Below, one piece after another: positions 1 to 13,918 of a DNA stretch of 64,000 nt (position 1 is its first letter; each line of letters begins with the position of its first letter). The translations under genes and the position numbers were made by a program. The stretch spans positions 102,946,901 through 103,010,900 of the forward strand of contig NC_068984.1 of NCBI RefSeq assembly GCF_001194135.2, in the 5' to 3' direction. The DNA is from Octopus bimaculoides. Its lineage: Eukaryota. The notes under the pieces were generated by a model. The model made no database searches. It saw only the letters and a list, made by a program, of their open reading frames with translations, and had not been told where the DNA came from.

Positions 1-322
1 AATTCATTAAGATGTTTTAACCTTTTCGCTTTTGATGTTTATTAATTTTTTCATTTTTTTTTTTTTTTTGCTTTTATTGACGGTTAAAAAATTGTTTTAG
101 TTGGGGAAGATAACACAATTTTTTAATGGGGGTGAGATAACCAAAGTGTACCGGATTTATATGTATCATTATTTAAAATAGGTTGATTCGGGTCCATGTG
201 ACTTGAAGTTTCGAGGGCTTCTAACAGAAACCTTATGCAACCCGCCTCCATAAACGTTGTGTGAGCACGCAATCACACACACATACACACACACATGTAC
301 GCATCTATATACACACACGTGT

Positions 323-556
323 AAAGGCGGCGAGCTGGCAGAAACGTTAGCACGCCGGGCGAAATGCTTGGCGGTATTTCGTCTGTCTTTACGTTCTGAG
401 TTCAAATTCCGCCGAGGTCGACTTTGCCTTTCATCCTTTCGGGGTCGATTAAATAAGTACCAGTTACGTACTGGGGCCAATATAATCGACTTAATCCGTT
501 TGTCTGTCCTTGTTTGTCCCCTCTGTGTGTAGCCCCTTGTGGGTAGTAAAGAAATA
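323..556 (+). mobile_element. tRNA-derived SINE, family 'A' (variant 3' tail)
   Basis: Head AAGGCGGCGAGCTGGCAGAAACGTTAGCACGCCGGGCGAAATGC...GAGTTCAAATTCCGCC has A/B-box-like motifs and recurs many times in the window. Confidence 0.85.
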
Positions 557-805
557 ACACACACACCTGTACACTCTCTCACAAACGAACACGCACACAT
601 ACATGCATACACACATCTATGTACGCACACTCCTCCCCTCTTTCCTATTCTCCCCACCCCCACCGAGCACAGAAACATACACACACATATATATGTATGC
701 ATTTATGTATGTATGTATGTGAGTGTGCGTGTGTGTCTGTATACAAGCATGTGTGTTTGCATGTATGTATGTGTGTGTTGTGTACAAGCATGTGTGTTTG
801 TCTGC

Positions 806-837
<32 letters not shown>

Positions 838-847
838 NNNNNNNNNN

Positions 848-887
<40 letters not shown>

Positions 888-2137
888 TGTAGGTAAGGTA
901 TGTAAGCATATGTGCGTGTGTGTTTGTGTGTCTGAGTAAATTCTCAATAGGTAACGTTAGTCTAGTTTAGAAATACTATTAACTTTATGATTATATACAA
1001 TAGCAATTACAATGTTTTTAATTAAGTATTTAAACGTTACGAATTACTTAAAAAAGTTTAAATTAGTTTTAATAGAAAATTGAAGAACATTGAATGGAAG
1101 TATATTTCATTTGAAAACATTAAAATAGGTTTAGTGTCCTCTTGCATCACAATTTTTTACTATAAAAGTCAGCATAAAATAAATCAACGTTAATGCTCAA
1201 CGTTTAAATGAAAATCATTTTTAAAGATTTTCTTTTATTTATTTTTGTTGTTGTTGTTATTTTGTTTTCATAGATTGAAACGAATTTTTATAATGTTTTA
1301 ATGTTTACAATAAATTTTATGAAAAGCAATCAAGAAAATTATAAATATTAAAGCAGTAAAATTGATTTACAAATGTCGAAATTTCACTTGTGTTATGCCA
1401 CTTGGTTTAGATATGAGGAAAATGATAACCTACTTCTATCCATCCTAAAGTAATAAAACATACACACAGTTACACACACACACACATACACACATACACT
1501 CTCACATACACACACATTTATGTAAATGTATATACACATATATATGCATGTATTTATGTATATATGTATATATATTTAGCTCTTTGTCAGTCTATGTGTG
1601 TGTATGTATGTGTGAGTGTTTGCACCATATACATATGAATATATATGCTATATGTAATATATATGTATATATATCTGTGTGTGTAAGTGTGTGTTGTTTG
1701 TCCATCGTAATCAAAAATCATTTTAACGTATATCCATTAATAAGATATTATGCTTCAATACGTAAATATATCTTTAATTTTATTTTAAACTGTAAAATAT
1801 AAACAAAAACAAACACATATTTTCAAACGATATTGTAGCTTTAATTCCACGGTAAACATGAAAAGAAAACGAAAAAAAATATTGTTTGCATTACAAAATA
1901 TTCTATTAAGTAAATCGTAGATTTAATTTTGTTGTAAACATTAAAAAAAATATGAAAGATAAATGTAATTTAAATGTGAATGAACTTAAAAAATATATAT
2001 ATCGTCTTTTGGAAATAATAGCGCAGTTTTCAGATGATTTAAGTGAATTAGATTAAAATAGCTGTGTTCAATTTTGCTCGGAGGTCACTACCAGTTTCAC
2101 GAACCTGTGAAAAAAGTACACTTGTAAGTAGAGAATT

Positions 2138-2279
2138 GTGCGAAGCTTGCTTTCCAACCACATGGTTCCGAGTTCAGTCCCACTGTGTTGCACCTTGGGC
2201 AAGAGTCTTCTACTAAAGTCTCGGGCCGACCAAAACGTTGTGGGTGGATTTGGTAGACAGAATACGAAAGAGGCCCCTC

Positions 2280-2311
<32 letters not shown>
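2138..2311 (+). mobile_element. tRNA-derived SINE, family 'B', 5' half running into (TA)n and an assembly gap
   Basis: CCAACCACATGGTTCCGAGTTCAGTCCCACTG...CACCTTGGGCAAG...GGATTTGGTAGAC matches the full copies at 10375 and 44488. Confidence 0.85.
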
Positions 2312-3184
2312 NNNNNNNNNNNNNNNNNNNNNNNNNNNNNNNNNNNNNNNNNNNNNNNNNNNNNNNNNNNNNNNNNNNNNNNNNNNNNNNNNNNNNNNNN
2401 NNNNNNNNNNNNNNNNNNNNNNNNNNNNNNNNNNNNNNNNNNNNNNNNNNNNNNNNNNNNNNNNNNNNNNNNNNNNNNNNNNNNNNNNNNNNNNNNNNNN
2501 NNNNNNNNNNNNNNNNNNNNNNNNNNNNNNNNNNNNNNNNNNNNNNNNNNNNNNNNNNNNNNNNNNNNNNNNNNNNNNNNNNNNNNNNNNNNNNNNNNNN
2601 NNNNNNNNNNNNNNNNNNNNNNNNNNNNNNNNNNNNNNNNNNNNNNNNNNNNNNNNNNNNNNNNNNNNNNNNNNNNNNNNNNNNNNNNNNNNNNNNNNNN
2701 NNNNNNNNNNNNNNNNNNNNNNNNNNNNNNNNNNNNNNNNNNNNNNNNNNNNNNNNNNNNNNNNNNNNNNNNNNNNNNNNNNNNNNNNNNNNNNNNNNNN
2801 NNNNNNNNNNNNNNNNNNNNNNNNNNNNNNNNNNNNNNNNNNNNNNNNNNNNNNNNNNNNNNNNNNNNNNNNNNNNNNNNNNNNNNNNNNNNNNNNNNNN
2901 NNNNNNNNNNNNNNNNNNNNNNNNNNNNNNNNNNNNNNNNNNNNNNNNNNNNNNNNNNNNNNNNNNNNNNNNNNNNNNNNNNNNNNNNNNNNNNNNNNNN
3001 NNNNNNNNNNNNNNNNNNNNNNNNNNNNNNNNNNNNNNNNNNNNNNNNNNNNNNNNNNNNNNNNNNNNNNNNNNNNNNNNNNNNNNNNNNNNNNNNNNNN
3101 NNNNNNNNNNNNNNNNNNNNNNNNNNNNNNNNNNNNNNNNNNNNNNNNNNNNNNNNNNNNNNNNNNNNNNNNNNNNNNNNNNNN
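2312..3184. other. Assembly gap (largest); others at ~14691, 23650, 25191, 29626, 31226, 35818, 50398, 51995 and 57934
   Basis: N runs, almost all flanked by dinucleotide microsatellites. Confidence 0.98.
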
Positions 3185-6100
3185 CTTTCTTAAATTGTAT
3201 TAGATCTACGACTTCGTTCACTTTTAAAGTTCCATGCATTTTCACTGCTTCAATCATATCTTCTTTACTCTCCTTGACACACGAAGCCAGGCTATTCTCC
3301 TTTTCCTTTACACAACCTTCACAACATACCAATCCCCGTCCTCCTTCTTTCCTCTTTACATAAAATCTTGACACATCACTCTTGGGGTGTAGTTCCTTGT
3401 TCATTGTCATTAATTTACGTGTGCTCCGGTCTATCTCTTGTAATTCATGCTTCTTCCAGGATACTATTCTTGCCCCATATCTCATCAAAGCAACAACCAA
3501 CGTGTTAATTGCTCTAATCCTATATCGGCCATTTAGCTTTGATTGAAACATAAGCCGAATTCTCCTCAAATACTCTTTCCTGTACATTTCTTTCATCTTG
3601 GTGTTCATTCATCTTATCTCCTTCAATGATATCCAGGCATTTATATCCTTCCTCACCGATTTCCTTTACTGTTTCACACATTTGGAGCTTGATCCCATCG
3701 CTTTTACTGATTTCCCCCCTTTTGAGAATCATTACACCACATTTCTCGATCCAAAATTCCATGCCAATATCTTTGCTAATCATCTGCACAGTTGCCGTCT
3801 CACTCTCAATTCCTTTCTCAGTCTTAGCAAATAGTTTTAGGTCATCCATAAACCACATCTTGCTTACTTTCAGCCTGCCTAGCATGTACCCCAAGCGCAT
3901 CTTTCTTAAAACGCTCGTTAGTGGCAGTATGCAGACAACAAATAGCAGGGGTGACAGACTGTCCCCTTGAAAGATTCCTCTTTTGATATTTACTTCTTCC
4001 AGCTTATCTCCCCATGCTGTGAGTTCAGTTCGCCACGTTGTCATTAAGTTTTGTATTAAGTTCAGGATATTGTGGGAGTCCTTAAGCAGCTTAAGGCATT
4101 CAATAATCTACGAGTGTGAGACAATGTCATATGCTTTCCTGTAGTTCACCCACGCCATTGCCAAATTTTTGTGTCACTTCTTGCAATCAACCGCAATAGT
4201 CTTATCGATTAGTAATTGATCCTTCGTTCCTCACCCTTTTTGTTCTACTGGTAACAGGTCGTTCCAATCTAGGTACTTATAGATACTGTTTGATATAATG
4301 CCCGTTATCAGTTTCCACATCAGTTGCAAATAAAATATTGATCAGAAGTTTCCAACCGCATTCCTTTTACTTGGGTCCTTGTGGCATAGTACCATTCTTC
4401 TTTTTGCCATCCAGGCCGGTACTTGGATGTCACTACTCAGTATTTCGTCCATCTGTCTCGCAATTCTCCTGTGCAAAGCTGTCAAGTTTTTAAGCCAAAA
4501 GCTCTGAACCCCATCTGGGCCAGGCACTTTCCAGTTAGGAATTTTTCTGCACTGATCTCTAATCATCTCCTCGGTTATTCTTAAATCTTCCTGCTGATAC
4601 TCTCTTCTTTCCTTGTTGAGTGTTTTTAACCACTTTGCTTCAGTTTCGTGTTGTTTCTCCTGATACCATATTTTTGACCAAAATCTTTTATTTTCTTCAG
4701 CATCCGGCACGGCTTTTTCACCTTTTTCTTTCCCATCCAGTTCCTGATAGACTCGTTTCTGATTCTGAAAAGTCTGTTTAATTCTCTGCTCAATTCTCTG
4801 TTCATGTCTCTTCAGTTTATGTGCTTTAACTTTCAACTATTATTTTAATTCCTCAATCACAATATTGATTCCCTTTCTGTTCACCCTATACTTCCTCTCT
4901 TACTCAACATATTTCTCTCACTGAACTTCATTTCTCTTTTTCCGGTCCAAAATGTTAATATGCTTTCTGGTCTCATTAATAGACTGCGTTATTCTCTTTT
5001 TCCACCATGGTTCCTTCAGGTTATGTTGACATTTACCTTTGGCTTTCAAACCTAACTTCCTGGTTATAAAGATCGAGATTGCATTTATCAGATTGTTGGT
5101 GTCTGTGATGTTGTCAGTCCTGATATCACCAGTGATATCATTTATCTTCCTGACCCATTCATTGAGTTTCTTTCTGTCTACTTTTTTAAACCCCGTATGG
5201 AGGCTCTGTTCATCAGAGGTCCAAATATCAATGATTTCATTTAAAATGGATATCTGCTCCTCGGTTCTCTCATCGCTTTCCTGATCAATAATCATGCTCG
5301 TTTTCTTCCTTTAACTCAACTGCCATAGTTTCGCTATCAGCGTTCTCTTACTCATCCTTCCGTTCACCGCTGGTCTTACTATCCCTAAGCACCGTCTCTT
5401 AATGCTTCCCAGTTCAACTGGAGATAACCATTCATTCTTTCTGAATGCTCTAGCTTGCTCACACATATTTTGTTCACATAATTCAAATAGGCCTCAGTCA
5501 CTCCATACCCTGTGCATTATTTTCCTATATCCCCTAGCGAGTACTTCATTATCATTTCTCGGATTACCCAGAAAGTAGCACTCCATTACAACCACATTCA
5601 TTTCTTTCGTCCACCTTCTATTAGCAGTTGCCTGACAACGACTGGGCCTACGCTGCTCACCCGTGGGGCATCCGCCGTGTGAAAGACCTTCACAAAGTGT
5701 TCCAGCCTCATTCACGCTGTTCTCATTTCTATTTTTATTTGACATTTCAGCACTCATGATGAGGGTTAGTGAATTTTAGGTTGCACAACCACCAGTAATT
5801 TTTTTCCCCCGTGACGCCATCACTGATAGGATCTCTACCCTAGGATATAGGATTCCTACAATCCTGGTTCAATTTTTGGAGCTTTCGTCTCCTAGAAGAG
5901 ATATTCAAGGTTATGATTGCTTCTGCCTCTTAGATATATGCTATTTTGGTGGCCGTTGCCTCGTATGAGTTCATTATCTTTTATACAGGTCTTGCTTTTC
6001 TTCCTGTAGAGTGTCAAAATAGCAAGAAACATACACCCTCCTCACAGGGTAAGCTCTCCGGGGTTGCCAGTATAGTCGCCGACGTTCCAACCGAAAAAAA

Positions 6101-6329
6101 AATTTCCTCGCTCCCAGTTTAAATACGAGAAAGAGGTGGTGGAAGTGGGAGGGCGACTGCATCGGCCTCATAGAAAAGCGGTCTTTTCATTACAGTAGCT
6201 AGTAATATTCTGAGAAGATAAACAAAAAAAGAGAGAAAAGAGGAAGAGGAAATTTTTAATTGACTTTCTTTGACCTCATGGCAAGGCGGTCTTTTCATTA
6301 CAATAGCTAGATAGTAATATTTTGAGAAG

Positions 6330-6330
<1 letters not shown>
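3185..6330 (-). mobile_element. R4/Dong-clade non-LTR retrotransposon, 5' end plus RT, frameshifted; 3' end lost in the gap
   Basis: Minus ORFs carry RGIFQGDSLSPLLF, FMDDLKLFAK, NWKVPGPDGVQSFWLK, HPKSDVSRFYVKRKEGGRGL and N-terminal RRWTKEMNVVVMECYF; the 5' end abuts a (TAA)n tract. Confidence 0.9.
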
Positions 6331-6402
<72 letters not shown>

Positions 6403-6850
6403 TTATTATCCAGTTGCCATATTTTTATCACGTGCTTTCAGTGCACTACCGACTGCAGCTCTGTGTGTCTTGTTCGGTGCCTAGTAGTGTCATTTTCTGT
6501 ATGTTACATATATTCGAAAGGCCTGGTGTTTTGGATATGTATTTGTCTGAATGTCTTTTAATCATACCTAATGCATCTATTATTATTGAGATTGTTTCTA
6601 TTTTTAGGCTCCGCATTCGGGTTATCTCTGTTTCCAGATCTTTGTATTTTGATAGTTTCTTCGTTTGTTTTTTTAGAGATGTACTGTCATCTGTTGGGAT
6701 TAATACATCGATTAGAAGGCATTTTTTTCTTGATCTCTGACAACTATATCTGGTCCATTAGCCTTGATCACCCGCTTTCACATTACAATACTTTCTTTTT
6801 CTCTTCTACCTCCCTCAGTACTTCGTTTCGTATTCTTGTAATGTGACAAA
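6331..6850 (-). mobile_element. R4/Dong-clade 3' fragment (restriction-like endonuclease) with (TAA)n tail
   Basis: My manual minus-strand translation gives roughly PDIVVRDQ..KCLLIDVLIPTDD...KKLSKYKDLETEITRM..IIIDALG (PD..D..K RLE motif), ending in (TAA)n at ~6331-6400. Confidence 0.8.
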
Positions 6851-6918
6851 TAGAGGAAAGCCATTACAAAAGAAACGTGTCTTGTCCTTTAAAATCCTAC
6901 ACGCATGAGTAGATTTTA

Positions 6919-6955
<37 letters not shown>

Positions 6956-7095
6956 CATGTATATGTATACTCATGGTGCTCCTTTCCACGGTGGTGCTCC
7001 AGCATGACCAAAGCCCCATAGCTGAAACGAGTAAATGAGTGAAAGAATGTAAAATACACACACATATATGTGTGTCTATGTATTTATTCATAGAT

Positions 7096-7164
<69 letters not shown>

Positions 7165-8198
7165 CAAAAGAAAGAAGTAAAATGGTTGCAAAAATAGAGA
7201 GAGTGAAGCAAAATGTTCACATCCTGGAGTGTTGAGAAAATTGGTTTGATAGAATAACTTTAGATTCATGCACCTGATGCCTTGTACCATTAAGAAGTCA
7301 AAATAAATCTCTTAAATATATATGAAAATTTTATGAAATAAATAGATTAAGATTTGGTAAAGGTACTTACAAATAAACAAACAAAAAATAAAGATAAACC
7401 TTTAAGAAGAGAATTATTGTATGGTAAGAAGAAAATATATTCAGATAAAGACAGTAAGAAATAGCGTATGAGAAAAAGCAAAACAGTCAGTATTAACTAA
7501 AGCACGATGAAATTAAATATACAATAGAGAGATAGCCGGTGATAACGGTTGCAGAATCATTCACGTGATTTTCACCTTCAATAAAACATCAATAAAATCA
7601 CCACAAGAGTGATTTAGTCTCGAAGATAAGACTAGCAATGTCTTCAGACGCTGATGGACATACGAATCATATTGTTCCATATAAAATATAACGTTTATGC
7701 AGGCAATACGACAAACCTTAAATGAAAAAGTAACACTAAATCATAGTGTAATATTTTCAGTAATACACACATAGACGAATATTCTTACACCTGCGGAACA
7801 ACATACACATATACGAGACTTACAAACACAAATATACATGCGTACAAGATTGAGCAAGCGCATGCTTGTTTGGTTACATGAGTGTGTAGAACACTGATGA
7901 AACGATAGAGCACAATTTGAACTGTGTTGTCCAATAACGCCTTTGTTCACACATGCAATATGTATGCACATGTGTACATGCGTATGTGTACGTGCGCATG
8001 TATATGTAAATGTAAATATACATACATATACACGTATATATAAAGAGATAGATGGATGTATGTATATGCGCATTTATCTATCTATATCTATAATATGTAT
8101 GTATGTATGTATGTATGTAGGTATGTATGTATGTATATATGTATGTATGTATGTATATTTGTATGTATGTATGTAGGTATGTATGTATGTATGTATGT

Positions 8199-8232
<34 letters not shown>

Positions 8233-8289
8233 GGACGGACGGATGGATAGATAAAAGTTTTCTATGTGCGTACACTTGTATGTTATATT

Positions 8290-9145
8290 GTTTTATATGA
8301 GATTAAACCTCCAAAATGTAGTTTCCGTGGGTTCGTTGACGGTACATGGCATCAGGTTTAAAAGTAGTAGACTGTTTTCTTTGGTTGAACTGGACAATAT
8401 AAAGGTGAAGTTCATGGATATTGCGCTTAACTTGGGCTCACAATGTTATGATTCCTTCAAGAAACCAATCAGCACGCCAGTGTACATCCATGGAATCCAA
8501 CCTTCAGTGAAAGGTCATGAAAAGTATTCCAGCAAGCATCAGGAAGATGGCATGTACATTATTCTTAGACAAAACCATCTTCAACGAGTCTGCAAAGTAT
8601 TATATCAAGGTACTATTATGTACACTATATCAAGAAAGAATACTGTACTCACCAGCACCATTGAGGAACATTCCTCCAAATGTTTAGAAATGTAAATATT
8701 ATATGGTATAACCCACCATACTGAATTTTTGTAAACGCATTGCTGTAAATCTTTGCTTCTTGCTATTTGGAAAACAATTGCTGAACAGCCATAAATTCCA
8801 CGAGCTCTTCAACAAAAGCAGCATTAGTTGAGTTACAACAGACTAAAAAGTATTTTCTAAAGGCATCAATGGACATAATTGCAAAGTAATGCAACGAAAC
8901 AGTGTAAAAAGATCCAACAGACAATTGCCTCTAAAAGGTTAGAGAAGGTTAGAGGAATTGCATTACTTAAGGGAATATGTATGTATCAACATGACATCAA
9001 TGAACTATAGAAGGCATACAGAAAACTCCTTGTTCCACCAGTATAACAGTACATTTCATCATCGCCTCTTGGAAAATACCACAGCACCATCAAAATACAT
9101 TTGGAAATTGGAAAACAAAGGAGAAACTTTTAGCATCTCATAGTC
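8290..9145 (+). mobile_element. Penelope-like element remnant (RT C-terminus, linker, GIY-YIG)
   Basis: VKFMDIALNL..YDSFKKPISTPVYIH, NIIWYNPPY (~8696), HKFHELFNKSSI and TTAPSKYIWKLENKGETFSI resemble conserved PLE motifs; many stops and frameshifts. Confidence 0.8.
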
Positions 9146-9350
9146 AGTATAAGATAAAGAACAGGAACGAACAAAATCATGATTCAGGTTTATAATTCCT
9201 GTTTATCTTACATGATTTAACTTATATATGCCTTTACTCATTCTCAACATACGTATTACGCGATTTAACTTCCTTTTATAGCCTAACACAAGATCTCACT
9301 TGCTCATTCACTTATTTATTCACTCTCTCCACCCGCACCCCTCCCTCTCG

Positions 9351-9444
<94 letters not shown>

Positions 9445-9680
9445 ATGTGTATGTGTGTATGAACAAGTACGTGTATCTATGTACTTGTATTATGAGAGAC
9501 GGTGAGGTGCAGACCAACATATAGACAAACAAGCAGAAACAGAGTTACGCAGAGAAAGACAGACAGACAGAGACAGACAGACGGAAAGAAAGAGAGAGAG
9601 GTTATATATGTGTGTATATTTTGGTACATAAGTTAATTTTGAAAATGAACACAACTGTCATCTTCGCATTACAGTAATTT

Positions 9681-9829
9681 ATTATCTTTTCTACTCTAGG
9701 CACAAGGCCCGAAATTTTGGGGGAGGAGGCCAATCGATTAGATCGACCTCAGTATGTAACTGGTACTTAATTTATCGACCCCAAAAGGATAAAAGGCAAA
9801 ATCGACCTCGGCGGAATTTGAACTCAGAA
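9681..9829 (-). mobile_element. SINE family A, 5'-truncated
   Basis: Reverse complement of the family A 3' half (CTTGTGCCTAGAGTAGAAAAGATAAT tail). Confidence 0.85.
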
Positions 9830-10374
9830 CAATCGCTAGTCTAGCAATGATCCTAGCATCATGTCAAACTAGACTGTATTATCTTGTCATATGATACATC
9901 CTTTAGTCCGGCACGGAAATTGTACCATTTAATCACTTGGTACATCAGTTATCTGGCATTATTCAATTTATACCGTTTAACATTACCTAAACACAAGTAT
10001 ATTGCAATCAATCACCCTTTACTTTGTTTCACCTTCAACATCTCTAACCTCTCATCTATCAAACTAAATTAAAGAGATATTTATATCCCTCTTGTCTACT
10101 GAAGCGATATATAGCGTTATCTAGCATCATCTTTATCGATCAGATGTATTGATCAGTGAGTGATCAGCCCTATTGATATCACTTGATTGTAACTTTTGAC
10201 GTCAATCTGGGTTCCAAAAGTCAGAAGAGAATAAATGAAGCAAATACATACACGAAGAGAATATGGATTACAAGCTAGGTCCACCAGAAACCTGCGGTGC
10301 TTGCCATTGTGCACAACATAATTCCTATCTATTCAGCGAAGTAGCATCTATCTCGAAATTGTTAAAAATTTATA

Positions 10375-10775
10375 GGCGTAGTAGTGGCTGTGTGGTAAGT
10401 AGCTTGCTTACCAACCACATGGTTCTGGGTTCAGTCCCACTGCGTGGCATCTTGGGCAAGTGTCTTCTACTATAGCCTCGGGCCAACCAAAGCTTTGTGA
10501 GTGGATTTGGTAGACGGAAACTGAAAGAAGCCCGTCGTATATATGTATATATATATGTATGTGTGTATGTGTTTGTGTGTCTGTGTTTGTCCCTCCAATA
10601 TCGCTTGACAACCGATGCTGGTGTGTTTACGTTCCCGTAACTTAGCGGTTCGGCAAAGAGACCGATAGAATAAGTACTAGGTTTCCAAAGAATAAGTTCT
10701 GGGGTCGATTTGCTCGACTAAAGGCGGTGCTCCACAGTCAAAAGACTGAAACAAGTAAAAGAGTAAAAGAGTAAA
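10375..10775 (+). mobile_element. SINE family B, near full length
   Basis: tRNA-like head GTGGCTGTGTGGTAAGTAGCTTGC...GGTTCAGTCCC, internal (TA)/(TG) tract, 3' end GACTGAAACAAGTAAAAGAGTAAAAGAG. Confidence 0.9.
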
Positions 10776-11501
10776 TCCCCCTCAATCACATCTTACACTT
10801 TGACAAAAGAGGACATGTATAATGTAATCCTTGATCTAAAAAAGTGAGCCAGTGGCCACAAACATGAATGTAGATAAATTGGGCAAGTGGTGATGTACTG
10901 AAAGACGCATGTAAAATACTCTCAATTAATTGAAATTTGCCTTTCAGTTGCTGAAGAAAACAAAAGCTAGTCGTTGGATATTCTCAAAGAAAAGGTTGAG
11001 AAATGCTAGGTAGATATATTAAAGCAAGATAGGAAGGTCCCTGCTGTCACGCCTTTGATTATATGTCTACTCTCACGGGCATATGCAGGGCTAAAAACAA
11101 AAACAATATACTTCTAGATTTATTCAATGCAGTATAAACTTAACAACAACAAAAACAACGAGGACGACGAGGGATACACTCGAAGGATTAATATTGAACC
11201 CCCAAAATCAATATTTAGATTTATTTTCCTTATCACCTTACTCAGTTCAAAACACATATGAGCTGAACCAAACTCGCCCCATATTCGAAGGGATTGGCTT
11301 CTGAATCTATTTATGTTGATAATTAGTTCATGCATTAAAAAAGGGACATTATATATCACACCACCAGTTAATCTGTTCAAAGCTCAATATTTTAATACTT
11401 CTAGTTTTGTAGTTTACATTTTATTTGTAATTGTTTTCTTTTCCTGGCACCTCTCTCCCTCCTTCTCTCACCCTCTCCGTCTCTCTTTCTATGCCTCCCC
11501 A

Positions 11502-11585
<84 letters not shown>

Positions 11586-12754
11586 CTAATCATAAATAGT
11601 TCCCTCTATCGTGCCATGTCTGCTGATTAAATGTCTTTTATACTGAAGTTCGACTACGGCATGCAGTGAAACGGATTAAATATGTATTAAGATTTTAATC
11701 TAAATCCCTTTTATTACAACAGTAGGGACTCTTAATATATATATAAGTAATTTACAATGTATTTCATACATAAGCACAAGGTCTCCTTTTGTTTTATATT
11801 CTGAGGAGAAGCGACTGAGCGCAAAGCTTTCACAGGCCCGCCAAGATTCGATGCATGAACAAGTGAATTGAGATTAATATGGCTAATGTTTAATTCGAAT
11901 TCACAAAGTTCAATACACAGAGTAAACAATGTATATTCTGAGAATAATAAATAGATTAATTTCTTTTGGTGAAAGATTCAATAAAAGAGCATTGGTAATA
12001 AAACTCACCTGACTGAATGCAGGAAAAGTGGGGGAGTGTACGTTGTGTTTGATGTGAGGTGTATTATTATTTAGCGAGTTAAAAGGAATATTGACCTTTG
12101 TGGAAAGTATGAATGAGCAAAGCAATTGCCTATGATTAACAGCCTACATTCTACCGAGTGGTCGGTAGTTTTTACCATGTACCTAGCAGATCACTGTCTG
12201 TAGCGAAAGCATTTAACTTGCAAGTGGCCCAGTGCTTTTTGCTGTAAATGGACTCTACAGGGAAATGAACACCTCGACTTTTAATCAGTAATAACACTAC
12301 AATTAATGAACAATTTGTTAGCTTGCAGCATTTATGTGAGTACAGGACTAGATCCCGCTTATCTGATTTGCTCTAGATACCTGACGTGGTGTTTCATGAT
12401 ACAGGGAACTTGCAATTGAAACCGTGTTAGGAACTTTATTCAGTGTGTATTTACCTCTACTCTAATTAAGAAATAACGACTGGGAAATTAAGTTCCCTTC
12501 ACATTTTTAGTAACAATTAAGAAAAAAATAACACAAATATTCAACGAAGAGGATGAGATTTTGTAACACTCATGCGTTTTCTCACTTAAATTTTGCAGCT
12601 TAAGTAACAGATTTACAAAGGGGAATTGAAAATGTTATCATGGACTCGTCTTGTAGTACATTAACATTCTCCAACCATACCACACCTGATACATTTAGAA
12701 TTTAAAATTAACTACAATTATACACCCATTCATGAATTTAACTTTGTTAACCTG

Positions 12755-12799
<45 letters not shown>

Positions 12800-13262
12800 G
12801 TATATATCCATTGATTTTTTTCCCCTCATTTTCTTTTAATGTGAGATAAATTTGTGATCAAAAACCGAGTGAGTTTGTTATAGGAATTAGATAAATATAA
12901 AGAACTGTTTAGGAATATGTTTACATACCACTCTTTGATTTACCGCTCGAAGAAATTTTTGAAATGGTAATTTTGGTTGGTGGCTTCTCCTTTCCGTTTG
13001 TTTTATATGATATTCATTTATCATTTGACTGCACCCAACCACACACCGTTCTTTACTCTATCCTATATTTTATCTCCCCGCTTTTATCTCGATATCATTC
13101 TCCGAACACCATAATTATACCTTTAACCAACTGCTGCCAGCTGATCAATAGATGCAATCCCCCTACTTAAATTCTTTCGTTTAATCGCAATTACTTTTTG
13201 ATTTTCTACATGAAGCACATGCGCTGAAATAACCGTAATCATGGATTTTACACACGCGTGTA

Positions 13263-13312
<50 letters not shown>

Positions 13313-13872
13313 TGTGTTTGTGTGTGTGTATGTGTGAGTGAAAGAGAGAGAGTGTGTGAGTGAGTGCGTGTGTGTGTGTGTGAGTTAGTGAGCGAGTGAG
13401 TGTATGTTTGAGTGTGTATGTATGTATGTATGTATGTGTGAGTGAGTGTGTGTGTGCGTGTCTACATATATCTGTGTATACATATATCTGTGACTGTATG
13501 TGTGGGTATCTGTGGGTATCTGAAAGAATGTGTATATCGATATTTATATATATGTATACTCTTGTGTATATCGACTTAAATGTGTATTTACATATGAGAA
13601 TATCTAATTATGAGTCTATCAATATCCTATATAAATATTTATTTATCTACGACAAACAAAAAAAAAAGGAAAGAAATGAAATTCATGGATTGGGGAACGT
13701 TTGTTTTTACAAACGTGAAAACTATTGAATATATCAGGTAGAATATGTATATTTTATTAGAAGTTGAGGCTTTTGAGAATCTAACTCGCAGTTTAACGCT
13801 ACCGATTATTCTAACGACCGAATTGAAGGTAAACGTGAAACTCAAAATTCAATAACTTCGACTACTACTACA

Positions 13873-13918
<46 letters not shown>

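Noticed and set aside
169-947. Long ORFs rich in CV/HT/YI dipeptides here and across the window (also poly-N, poly-L, poly-ER)
   Set aside because: Translations of microsatellites or ORFs running through N gaps; not genes.
5757-6170. HDV-like ribozyme in the Dong leader
   Set aside because: I could not assign P1-P4 and J4/2 consistently by hand; kept only as a test suggestion.
13760-13828. Possible plus-strand exon (VEAFENLTRSLTLPIILTTELK)
   Set aside because: Weak splice signals, no recognisable homology, no partner exons.
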